From: a virus
Lineage: Duplodnaviria > Caudoviricetes
DNA: 64,000 nucleotides
Virus record (IMG/VR): IMGVR_UViG_3300008259_003073
Direction: 5' to 3' (one strand)
Every line of letters begins with the position of its first letter. The first letter of the stretch is position 1. Position numbers and translations under genes: made by a program. The notes under the pieces are model-generated. The model did not search any database. It was not told the DNA's origin and worked only from the letters and a program-made list of their open reading frames with translations. Shown here piece by piece: positions 9,247 to 18,165 of the stretch.

Positions 9247-9283
9247 AGTTTTTAATTTAAATTGTTAATACTATGTAACCCAT

Positions 9284-9895
9284 TTATCCCACCATTTCGG
9301 CGTCTTCGTCTTTAATCTTTCCACACTTCAAACACTCTTCATCCCCATCTCCATCTACATCACCCCAAATGTGTTCACATTGTCTGTGTGCGAAGTATTC
9401 ATCAATCTTACCATCACCATCGAAATCTAAACCATCCATAGTTCCGTCACCATCCTCATCGATTTCAACACCAACTTTAGTTTGTTTTTCTTCAGTTTTA
9501 GGTAGTATTACTACATTTTCTTCAGCATTTTTAAACTCTGTAGTTGGTAACACCAATGGTGCTATAGACATTGGTACTATTGGAGTATTTGGCATATCAG
9601 CAGTATTACTTAATGATGTACCATCTTCCTCATCCATTTTCTGAACTAACATCTTATCCTTATCAGTATCACTAAACCAATAGTCAATGATTTTACCATA
9701 AGAACCAATGAATGCACCTAATAACAATAGAAGAAGTTCTTTCCATTCTCCACTAATTACGGTTTGGCCTAAAATAGCACCAAAGATACCCATAATGATG
9801 ACCATAAAGCCACCCAATACAATAGCAGTGATGAACCATCTGCGTTTCATCATACTAGCTAATAACTCTCTAAATCCACTTGGTTTTTGTTCCAT
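9284..9895 (-). CDS. two-TM membrane protein with C-terminal Dx[DN]xDG Ca-binding motifs
   Basis: TM segments then DEDGDGTMDG, DFDGDGKIDE, DVDGDGDEE and C...CxxC; start taken at MEQK. Confidence 0.7.
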   Translation of the reverse strand: MEQKPSGFRELLASMMKRRWFITAIVLGGFMVIIMGIFGAILGQTVISGEWKELLLLLLGAFIGSYGKIIDYWFSDTDKDKMLVQKMDEEDGTSLSNTADMPNTPIVPMSIAPLVLPTTEFKNAEENVVILPKTEEKQTKVGVEIDEDGDGTMDGLDFDGDGKIDEYFAHRQCEHIWGDVDGDGDEECLKCGKIKDEDAEMVG

Positions 9896-9900
9896 ATTAT

Positions 9901-10218
9901 TTACCATTTAGGGGCTGTTTCTTTGAACTCATCACCTTCTTTTTTCTTAACTGGTTCTGCAGCTGGTTTTTCTACAACTTTTTCTCTTTCGATAATTTTA
10001 GTTGTTCCACCACTGGCTGATTGTTGTTGTTCGTTTGAGTTTGTAATGTTAATTACTGGAGCAGGAGCTGCTGCAGGGGCTGGTTCATCTCCACCACCTG
10101 TTATTTGGGTAATACCCCAAGTACCTAAACCCATAACTGCGGTTGTTAGTACGCCTATAATTGTCTTTTTTAATCCAGACAATGTTCCATCGTTGTGACC
10201 TTCTGTTTCTTCTGACAT
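9901..10218 (-). CDS. single-TM protein with Pro/Ala linker
   Basis: IIGVLTTAVMGLGTWGI helix; PAPAAAPAP. Confidence 0.7.
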   Translation of the reverse strand: MSEETEGHNDGTLSGLKKTIIGVLTTAVMGLGTWGITQITGGGDEPAPAAAPAPVINITNSNEQQQSASGGTTKIIEREKVVEKPAAEPVKKKEGDEFKETAPKW

Positions 10219-10244
10219 CTTATTACTGTTTTTTGTTTATTTAA

Positions 10245-10616
10245 TTATAATTTATTGAAATCTACTATTCCCAATTGATTATTTTTCAAATCAAATAAGC
10301 CAATTCTATATGCAGATGACGGTAATGCGGTGGTGTATACCTTTAAGATATTATCACCTACCTTTACATTCATCGTTTCTTTAGATACTACCCTATTGGA
10401 TATATCAAAAATCTTAATTGTAACTGGTTGTGCAATATCTACTTTAACATTCATTGCAACTTCGGTAGTTACGAATGATGTCTCTAATTTGATGCCAACT
10501 GAATTTTGTATTTTCAGTTCTTCATTAACTTCTGTGATTGGTTGTTCGATTATAGTATCATCAATGCATCCACCCAATCCAAATATTAGTAATACTACTA
10601 TAAGTATTCTTTTCAT
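10245..10616 (-). CDS. lipoprotein with T9SS-CTD/FlgD-like Ig domain
   Basis: Lipobox FGLGG-C; VTIKIFDISNRVV...GDN...ALPSSAYRIGL pattern. Confidence 0.6.
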   Translation of the reverse strand: MKRILIVVLLIFGLGGCIDDTIIEQPITEVNEELKIQNSVGIKLETSFVTTEVAMNVKVDIAQPVTIKIFDISNRVVSKETMNVKVGDNILKVYTTALPSSAYRIGLFDLKNNQLGIVDFNKL

Positions 10617-10617
10617 T

Positions 10618-10971
10618 TTATTTAGTTATTATTAATGTTTTTCCAATTTCGGTTTTCGTAACATCTTCCAATAACAAATATAAATATCGTTTTTCTAATG
10701 AATTCGTATAAATCTTCTTTACATTTTCACCAGAAGTTCCCTTAAATCTTTCTCTACTAATAACTTGTCCACTTTCTTTATCAATTAAAGTTAATGTATA
10801 AGTTCCATCGGACGGTAAATCGAAATGCATATCTTGACCATTAACCACTCTATTCTCTTTCAAACTAAATATTTTTTGAGTAGTAGGTAGTGGGGGTGTA
10901 GGTAATTCAGGTTCGGTACAAGATACCACAACTCCTACACAAACCAACAATATAATTTTTATCCACTTCAT
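10618..10971 (-). CDS. lipoprotein with T9SS-CTD/FlgD-like Ig domain
   Basis: Lipobox VVVS-C; FDLPSDGTYTLTLID..SGQVI...GEN...SLEKRYLYLLL..KTLIITK. Confidence 0.6.
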   Translation of the reverse strand: MKWIKIILLVCVGVVVSCTEPELPTPPLPTTQKIFSLKENRVVNGQDMHFDLPSDGTYTLTLIDKESGQVISRERFKGTSGENVKKIYTNSLEKRYLYLLLEDVTKTEIGKTLIITK

Positions 10972-10974
10972 ATC

Positions 10975-11862
10975 TTAAAATTGAAAGTTCGTTCCTATCA
11001 TAAACATTATTGGATTTGCTTTTTTATATCCTGCGGTTTCTGATAATTTATCCCAAGTTGTGTTGTATCTGATATTGGTATTCAAAACAAATCTTCTCGT
11101 TATTTTCCAATCCATAGATGTACCATAATATAAGTCCAAATTGAAATCATTAAAGTATGCTAAATCGGATGCAGTACCATCTTTGAATACTTTGTATACA
11201 TCACTCATAGCAAACATCTGTGGTGAGATATTAACCACCTTTGTTTTTATTGTATATGTGTACATCACCATACCTTTGTAAGTTATTTGGGAAGATGCGG
11301 GTAGTATTGGATATATGTTTTTCACCCAATTACCATTTTCATCAACAATAAACTTACCTTCCCATTTACCTTCATACTCCCCCCAAAATGATTTACCTGC
11401 GGTTAAACTATATCCAAATGTTCCCCACTTTTTAGTTCTAAACACATCTACTATTGAAAGATTAATATTCTTTTGAAAATCAAAATCGGTTGAATAAAAT
11501 GTTTGTAGAGTAGTTGTTCTGTTTTGAGTATTTCTCGATAAACCATATCCTACACCATAATAGTTCCACGCGGGATTTATAGATGTTGCAAATGAGTGCC
11601 CCCACTGTCCGTTCATTGATGATTTACTATATCCTAAATTTAATGTGGTGGAAATCTGTCTACCAATTATACCAATTGATAGATTTGATGATGAAAGAAC
11701 ATCTTTTGAAAAATCAATATAAGATTGTAGTATACCCACATCATTCCAATCATCACTCTCTCCAAATAATTCTTTGGGTGATAGTTGTAGAGTATCTGGT
11801 GTTTGTGCGTTTGAAACAAAACCTATACAAAGTAAGGATAATATGATTATTACTTTTTTCAT
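10975..11862 (-). CDS. putative outer-membrane beta-barrel protein
   Basis: Signal peptide + Q; amphipathic strands; terminal Phe (GTNFQF). Confidence 0.7.
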   Translation of the reverse strand: MKKVIIILSLLCIGFVSNAQTPDTLQLSPKELFGESDDWNDVGILQSYIDFSKDVLSSSNLSIGIIGRQISTTLNLGYSKSSMNGQWGHSFATSINPAWNYYGVGYGLSRNTQNRTTTLQTFYSTDFDFQKNINLSIVDVFRTKKWGTFGYSLTAGKSFWGEYEGKWEGKFIVDENGNWVKNIYPILPASSQITYKGMVMYTYTIKTKVVNISPQMFAMSDVYKVFKDGTASDLAYFNDFNLDLYYGTSMDWKITRRFVLNTNIRYNTTWDKLSETAGYKKANPIMFMIGTNFQF

Positions 11863-14162
11863 TATTTAATTCTTACTTTTAATTGTTTTCCATCTTTATT
11901 TACCGCATCAGTTGTTGATACTGATGTTAAACCTAATATATTTGTTGTGTTATTTAATAATGTAAAGATAACTCTATATTCAGTTGTATTATCCAACACC
12001 CCATTACCATTTGTTATTAGTGAACCGATGTTTATAAAACTACCTCTGTTGTTTCCATAATTAGTAGGATTACCTTTTGTTGTAAATTCTACCTTTTCAA
12101 ATTTTAATTTAGTGTTATCATAATTTAATTGGAATTGAGTCCCAACTAACTGTTCTTGTAATGGGTCTACTGATAGAGTTGCAATCACGTTATTACCTAC
12201 AACCTCACTCATTATTATCACATTTACTTCATTTGTAATCGTATTACCCATTAAACTCATAGTTCTAACAGAATTACCACTAACACTTTGTAATGCAGAA
12301 TGAGACATATTAACATCACCCTTCCAAAACACATTATAGTTAAAACTATTTAGTAAAGATGTGGTACTTAAATTTATTGGTGAATATACACTATTAGTTG
12401 AATTAGGTTTCGTATTCCAATTTAACTTTGTAATCAAATCATATTCAGATTTTGGTAGTATCTTCATATAATCAGATAAGTTATTAGAACCATTTCCGAT
12501 TATTTCTTCACCCACCAAATGTTGTATTAGTTTGTATGTATCTCTTTCATCAAATATACCATTCCCATCTACATCTGCGTTCATAAACTGAATACCACTA
12601 CTAAACTCCAGTCCATTTTCATTTCCGAACAAACCTCTATTAGATAATTCTTTGAATGCAATGAATACATCTGATACCGTCACAACATTGTTGTATAATG
12701 ATGCTACATTAGTTGTACTTAACTCTACTCCATGTGATTTGTAGTTTTGTGATTGGGTAAATGTAAACTCTGCTTGTAATCCCCAAAAGAAACTTGCTCT
12801 TCTTATGTTAGATGTGAATGATGAACCTGCAAAGTTAAATTCCGTTGGTGTATAAATCCAATAGGCAGCCCAATACATATCCTCCCATTGATATGTTACA
12901 GGTCCATCCCACAAATCAAATAATTTTAAATTAGTAAGACTATTTGGTGAAACACCTACTGGAAATTCTCTCTTATCAATTAGGATTTGGTATCTCTGAT
13001 TTGATGTTTCGTAATCATACACCACACACCATTCAACTTGTCCACCGGATGTAGTTCCTCTAAATCCATTTCCAGCAACCTTTACGGTATCTAAATCAGA
13101 TGTCATATCTACTCTACCCAATCCATTTAGAGTTCTACTTACATTAGTTGTGGGTGAATACTGATTATTACTTTGTGCTAATAACTTTGTGGTAAATTTA
13201 GTTTCATCTATACTCTGACCGAATGTAAAATTAAATTGTGCTCTTAATACATCTCCATTTGAGTGAGTTACACTATTGGTATAGAATTCAGTAAATGTTG
13301 CATCATCGGGATTAGTCCAAGTTCCATATTCAATTACATAAGGGTTATTCCAATTGTTTGATAAATCATTCCAACACGATGCACCATTCCATTTTGCTAC
13401 TGCATAGTTCTCACTACCATTACTACCATTGGGTTCGCCACCACACCAGTTGTTATATACACCTTGAATGTTTCCATTAGTTTGTCCATTTTGGGTTTTC
13501 ATCAATGTCCCCTTTTCAGGTCCAGCATCTATTACCCATCTACCATCTATAACTTCATCCGTTGCTGCGAACCACACATTTGTAGCAGGAACATTTACTC
13601 GGATAAATTCTTCTTCAGATGTAGATGTTATTGTTACTAAATACCCTTGTTGTCCTTTGAATGTTGTTGCCAATGACCTACTTCTCGCGTTTGTGTAAGT
13701 AGTTCTATCTGCAGTAGCAGTTAGTGGTCTATAAAAGTGCCCATTGACTCCATTGTAAAAAAATCCAACTGGGTTGACAGTTGCAGCCACTGATATTTGA
13801 ACATTACCTTTTACTGAACCCGTATTTACTTTTAGGTTTGCTAATGCAATGTTGATATTAGCCATTGTACCAGTTACTACTAAACGAGTCTTATTACCAG
13901 GTAGAGTAAATCCACTTGCAGGTGATAATCCATCCAATCTATCCAAATAAAAAGTAGTACCAGATGGTGGGTTAACTAAACTGATTGATGCAAGTAGAGT
14001 TTCAGTTGCCCCAAATCCGCTTAATACGAACCCACTTGCATCTTGTCCGTTGGTTGATTGAGTAAATGATTTAGGGTCTGGTGCAGAAACGGTTTGAGAA
14101 TACCCCTGGATTTGTACTAATAGTATAAAAATAAGAGCAAAAACAAACCGTTTCATAATCAT
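11862..14162 (-). CDS. exported C-type lectin + dockerin-like + C-terminal cohesin-like protein
   Basis: WCGGEPNG...ENYAV..WNG..CWNDL (CTL); ADVDGNGIFDERD and KGDVN (dockerin-like); GTQFQLNYDNTKLKF (cohesin-like). Confidence 0.75.
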   Translation of the reverse strand: MIMKRFVFALIFILLVQIQGYSQTVSAPDPKSFTQSTNGQDASGFVLSGFGATETLLASISLVNPPSGTTFYLDRLDGLSPASGFTLPGNKTRLVVTGTMANINIALANLKVNTGSVKGNVQISVAATVNPVGFFYNGVNGHFYRPLTATADRTTYTNARSRSLATTFKGQQGYLVTITSTSEEEFIRVNVPATNVWFAATDEVIDGRWVIDAGPEKGTLMKTQNGQTNGNIQGVYNNWCGGEPNGSNGSENYAVAKWNGASCWNDLSNNWNNPYVIEYGTWTNPDDATFTEFYTNSVTHSNGDVLRAQFNFTFGQSIDETKFTTKLLAQSNNQYSPTTNVSRTLNGLGRVDMTSDLDTVKVAGNGFRGTTSGGQVEWCVVYDYETSNQRYQILIDKREFPVGVSPNSLTNLKLFDLWDGPVTYQWEDMYWAAYWIYTPTEFNFAGSSFTSNIRRASFFWGLQAEFTFTQSQNYKSHGVELSTTNVASLYNNVVTVSDVFIAFKELSNRGLFGNENGLEFSSGIQFMNADVDGNGIFDERDTYKLIQHLVGEEIIGNGSNNLSDYMKILPKSEYDLITKLNWNTKPNSTNSVYSPINLSTTSLLNSFNYNVFWKGDVNMSHSALQSVSGNSVRTMSLMGNTITNEVNVIIMSEVVGNNVIATLSVDPLQEQLVGTQFQLNYDNTKLKFEKVEFTTKGNPTNYGNNRGSFINIGSLITNGNGVLDNTTEYRVIFTLLNNTTNILGLTSVSTTDAVNKDGKQLKVRIK

Positions 14163-14163
14163 G

Positions 14164-15813
14164 TTATTCTATTACCAAGTTAATTCTATTTCCACTTGCA
14201 TCAACTGCGTCTGCTAATACAAAGAAGAATAAACCAGTAGTGTTTGTTAACGCAACTTTAGGAGTGAATATTAATTTATATGGAGTACCTTTTTTAATTC
14301 TTGCAGTTTTCAGCTGGTCAATGGAACCAAATGTCAATCTACCACCATCGTTGGTTGAGAAATTGGTTACGGTATTTCCTGCATCAAATATAATGTTATC
14401 CAAATTTAATTTATTATTATCATAATCCATAATAACTTGTAATCCTGCCAATCCTTCTTTTGTTAAATTTGTAGTTAATACAACCTTATTATTTTCCAAA
14501 GTAATTGATACATTTAATTTAGCAGTTTCTAAATCTTCGGTTTTATACGCCATTATAGATGGTACACTCATAGATTTTTTTAAATTCACCTCACCATTAA
14601 TTGAATTTGTGAATTGTCCAGCTGCTATTCTACTTGCAATTACCGATGGGTCAGATGAATGTGACCAGTTTAAATCACCACCCCATGCAAATACCGCGTA
14701 GACCTCTTTGATTGGTGTATCAATAGTTACCTTATACTTTGGAATACCATCTAACCAACTTTGATTTAATAAACCACTAAACCATCTCCAAGATGTTGCA
14801 GTGTTTGTTGGTATAAATGCGTTTGTAGATACATCTTGCCCCATCACATACGCAAATGAGTAATATGAATCTGATTCATTAAATGTATCATCGTTTTTAG
14901 TAATGTTACCCACTTTCTTTTCCAAATTAGAGTATGTAAAGAAGTTTGGAGTTCCACTAATATCAGTTTGTGAATGTCCTAAAAAGGCCTTATATGAATC
15001 AGATACTGTAATTACATTGTTCATCCAAGCTTTTGATGATGCAGGTGATACAAATACACCAACCTCATCCCCAACTTTAACTTGCGTTGTGAAAAGTGCT
15101 TCACCACTCGAATCTAATGGTAATTGTGCAATTGATTGTTGTGAAAAATCAATAGTACCATCCGTTTTCAACTTCATTAACTGAACATAATGGTCTGTAA
15201 TAGTGTATCCTTGTGGGAATAAAACTCTAACTTTAAATTGAGACGTGTTACCCGTTACATTTGTTAATGATAAATTCGTAGCATTACGGGTGATAGGTGC
15301 GATATTTGCAGATGCATCACTAATAGCATACGCCAAATCCAACTTATGAATATCGTTGTAAGTATTTTGGTCTTTTAACACAAACTTTTGAGTTGCTATA
15401 TCACCATTGATTGCAGCATCGGTTCTTTGAACGGTTAATTGTCCAACATTCCAATCTGAATTTACTGCATACCCCCAAGGTGTAGTTTGATATTGTTCAT
15501 ATAAGCTAGTAGCTGCCTTATTTGGAGCTGGAGTGAATTTGTAGTTATCCCATCCAGTATAGAATGTTTGAACTGAATTACCTTGTGAGAATACCGTACT
15601 ATTTGACACCATTGCCAGTGCTTTGTTATTAAACGAATATCTCAACCAAAAATAACGAGGAGTTGTAGTTCCTCTATCTATGGTATATTTTACAGTCAGA
15701 GTATCACCAACTTGATAAGGAGGTGCTGGTGTTACGGATTGTGATACGGTTATTTGACTGAAGGATGCTAGCGATATTAAAAATACCGCTAAAAACAATA
15801 AGAATTTTTTCAT
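14164..15813 (-). CDS. exported dockerin-like/cohesin-like protein, paralog of 11862..14162
   Basis: Signal peptide + Q; NNVITVSD; GGDLNWSHS; C-terminal AGLQVIMDYDNNKLNL cohesin-like. Confidence 0.7.
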   Translation of the reverse strand: MKKFLLFLAVFLISLASFSQITVSQSVTPAPPYQVGDTLTVKYTIDRGTTTPRYFWLRYSFNNKALAMVSNSTVFSQGNSVQTFYTGWDNYKFTPAPNKAATSLYEQYQTTPWGYAVNSDWNVGQLTVQRTDAAINGDIATQKFVLKDQNTYNDIHKLDLAYAISDASANIAPITRNATNLSLTNVTGNTSQFKVRVLFPQGYTITDHYVQLMKLKTDGTIDFSQQSIAQLPLDSSGEALFTTQVKVGDEVGVFVSPASSKAWMNNVITVSDSYKAFLGHSQTDISGTPNFFTYSNLEKKVGNITKNDDTFNESDSYYSFAYVMGQDVSTNAFIPTNTATSWRWFSGLLNQSWLDGIPKYKVTIDTPIKEVYAVFAWGGDLNWSHSSDPSVIASRIAAGQFTNSINGEVNLKKSMSVPSIMAYKTEDLETAKLNVSITLENNKVVLTTNLTKEGLAGLQVIMDYDNNKLNLDNIIFDAGNTVTNFSTNDGGRLTFGSIDQLKTARIKKGTPYKLIFTPKVALTNTTGLFFFVLADAVDASGNRINLVIE

Positions 15814-15814
15814 T

Positions 15815-16468
15815 TTATTTTTCCTCAAATAGATTAGTTATAAGTTTTTCCGAAGCTTTCTTTAAGGCGTTACTTAAAGATGTTTGGTTGAACTTACCAC
15901 CTTCATCTACTATGAGAGTTGACATAGAGATTTCGGATGATGATTCTTCAACCATAACCTCTTTTGCCTTTTTGCCATCCTTATAAAGTGTTCCCTTTAA
16001 TCTGATGACAACTTCTTCTTCATTTTTGTGAAATACGGAGATGTTTTTCTTTGTTGTTAAAACATCTAAATATACAATTTGTACCTGTAACTTATTTGAT
16101 GCCGACTGGGACAACCCCAATCCTCGTTCTTGTAAATACTCTTCTAGTACGTTTTTAACACCAAATTCTAATTGTCTGTTTCCAGCTAATTTTCCAATTT
16201 TTACATTGTTTGTTACTGATTCAACCCAAATATGGTCATCTGCATTATACCATATGTTATTTGGATTATCTTTCCATCCACCATCAAGTTTTATAGTAAG
16301 CCATCTAACAATTGCAGCAGTTGTTTCTGTTTTACCAGTAAACTGCAAATAGACCATATAAACTTGAAAAGAAAATCCCAGTGCTACTATTGAAGCACAC
16401 ATCCACAATACTAGGGATGCTAAATAATTACCTATGGTTGGTAAGGCAACTGTTTTTATATAATTCAT
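15815..16468 (-). CDS. membrane-anchored protein with CsgG-like domain
   Basis: N-terminal TM helix; GVKNVLEEYLQE matches GVANISMEYLEN of 8186..8905. Confidence 0.55.
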   Translation of the reverse strand: MNYIKTVALPTIGNYLASLVLWMCASIVALGFSFQVYMVYLQFTGKTETTAAIVRWLTIKLDGGWKDNPNNIWYNADDHIWVESVTNNVKIGKLAGNRQLEFGVKNVLEEYLQERGLGLSQSASNKLQVQIVYLDVLTTKKNISVFHKNEEEVVIRLKGTLYKDGKKAKEVMVEESSSEISMSTLIVDEGGKFNQTSLSNALKKASEKLITNLFEEK

Positions 16469-16522
16469 AAAGATTATAGTTTTTAATTAAAAACAAAATT
16501 AAATAACCTTTATTGTACTACA

Positions 16523-16530
16523 TATAAATA
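16523..16530 (-). promoter_or_regulatory. putative phage late-type promoter motif (TATTTATA)
   Basis: Intergenic, upstream of the 16468-9001 surface-protein run. Confidence 0.45.
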
Positions 16531-16536
16531 TGAATA

Positions 16537-17370
16537 TTATCCTAATAAGTGATAATATTCTTTAAAATGTTTAATTCTATCTGCTAATCCAATTGTACCA
16601 CCATTTACTCTTTTAGTAATAGATGTTACTACTGCATCAGTTGAACCACCATCGGCTAATTTGTTTAATCCATTTTTGGACCAGAACCATGCAGCTGATA
16701 ATAATGCGTATTTTCCACTTACCACATCAGGATTGGAAGTAATATTTTCTCCAATTGCAGTACCAAATTGAGTATAGTTATCCTTTCCTGTCAATTGGAT
16801 ATATCCTCTACCTCTAAACTTATACCCATCACCACTTGCTTCGGTTCCGTTTGCCATACGATTTGCATATACTTTATTTGCAATTTTTTCTGGTTTTCTT
16901 TCGTAAGGTAACGCAGATTCCAATGTTGGAAAATATTTCTTAAAAATACCATTCAAACCTTTTGCAGAATAGTTTAGATTTTCTTGTGTTGCTCTGAATC
17001 CGCCACTTTCGTGTCCACATTGTGCCAAAAAGTGTGCCAATCTCAATGGAGTATTGATTTGGAATTTAGCCGCAGTATCAGGAATCATTGAGATTACTGC
17101 ATCAGGAATATGTCCTTTTAGTTTTTCCAACTTCAATGGTCCTGAAGATACAATTGGTGCAGATGGTGTATGTGTTGGTGCGTTTCCTCCCATTATTTTT
17201 GCCCAAGTTGCCGGTCCTACAATACCATCGGGTGTTAAACCATTTTTTGCCTGCCATTCTTTTACGGCTGCTTCGGTTTTAGGTCCAAAGTTAGTTACCG
17301 CAGGTGAAATACCTAATTTCTCCTGCATTAATTTTACGTTTTCGTTGTTATCTCCTTTTTTAAGTAGCAT
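16537..17370 (-). CDS. endolysin: peptidoglycan-binding domain + GH19 lysozyme
   Basis: FGPKTEAAVKEWQAKNGLTPDGIVGPATW (PG_binding_1); AHFLAQCGHESGGF, YRGRGYIQLTG equivalent FRGRGYIQLTGKDNY, ITKRVNGG (GH19). Confidence 0.93.
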   Translation of the reverse strand: MLLKKGDNNENVKLMQEKLGISPAVTNFGPKTEAAVKEWQAKNGLTPDGIVGPATWAKIMGGNAPTHTPSAPIVSSGPLKLEKLKGHIPDAVISMIPDTAAKFQINTPLRLAHFLAQCGHESGGFRATQENLNYSAKGLNGIFKKYFPTLESALPYERKPEKIANKVYANRMANGTEASGDGYKFRGRGYIQLTGKDNYTQFGTAIGENITSNPDVVSGKYALLSAAWFWSKNGLNKLADGGSTDAVVTSITKRVNGGTIGLADRIKHFKEYYHLLG

Positions 17371-17382
17371 AATTATTTGAGT

Positions 17383-18153
17383 TTAATATTTGGTTACAAC
17401 TTTATAATCAAGTATAGATATTGGTTTGACGATGATTTCGTTCCATAAAGAAGTTTTATTTTGTTTACATTCTTCCCAATTTCTACAAAGATTGTTCTCA
17501 TTATCAGGATAAGAGAAACGGAATAAATTAGCTGCTCTGTTTCCTTTATCAGTTGCGAACGATTTCACATCCGATTGAAATGCTGCTACCAACTTACCTT
17601 TTAGTTTAACCAAAACTTTACTTTCAGGTCTAAAAAACTCTTTCTGTTGTACGGTAAAAGTTGATAACGCGTAAGTGTAACCTGATTCTAAACTATCTAC
17701 CAAATTTTTCATACCTTCCGGTGATGTCCAATGCATCGTTATAACTTCAGTATCGGAGTTTCCGTATGTATCTTCAGTAAATTGTTTATCTAATAAGATA
17801 TAGGGTTCAATTGCCCCTCTACTTTGAAAAAATGCTATCTTATCGTTTTCTATATTAATAATGTATTTTGAAAATTCATCCTTCAACCCCCAAACTCTAT
17901 GGTTTATAAAATCTTCTATGAAATCCAATACATTCTTTTTTGTAAGGTCTGAATATAATTCAGTTTCAACATATAATTGATACCCAAAATATTTGTTTAT
18001 TAGTCCAACTAATTGAGAGTTATTATCAACAATACCACCCCTCACATCATATCCATCGTGTTGGAGTTGTAAAAATTCATTAGCAATAGCTTCCCACTCA
18101 CTTATAGTATGGAAAGTTGCTTCTGGTTTTTGGTATCCTCTAACTGGGTACAT
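17383..18153 (-). CDS. hypothetical protein with possible ADP-ribosyltransferase-fold C-domain
   Basis: MHWTSPEG / LSTFT / WNEIIVKP spaced like ART H-S/T-E strands. Confidence 0.4.
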   Translation of the reverse strand: MYPVRGYQKPEATFHTISEWEAIANEFLQLQHDGYDVRGGIVDNNSQLVGLINKYFGYQLYVETELYSDLTKKNVLDFIEDFINHRVWGLKDEFSKYIINIENDKIAFFQSRGAIEPYILLDKQFTEDTYGNSDTEVITMHWTSPEGMKNLVDSLESGYTYALSTFTVQQKEFFRPESKVLVKLKGKLVAAFQSDVKSFATDKGNRAANLFRFSYPDNENNLCRNWEECKQNKTSLWNEIIVKPISILDYKVVTKY

Positions 18154-18165
18154 ATTTAATATATA

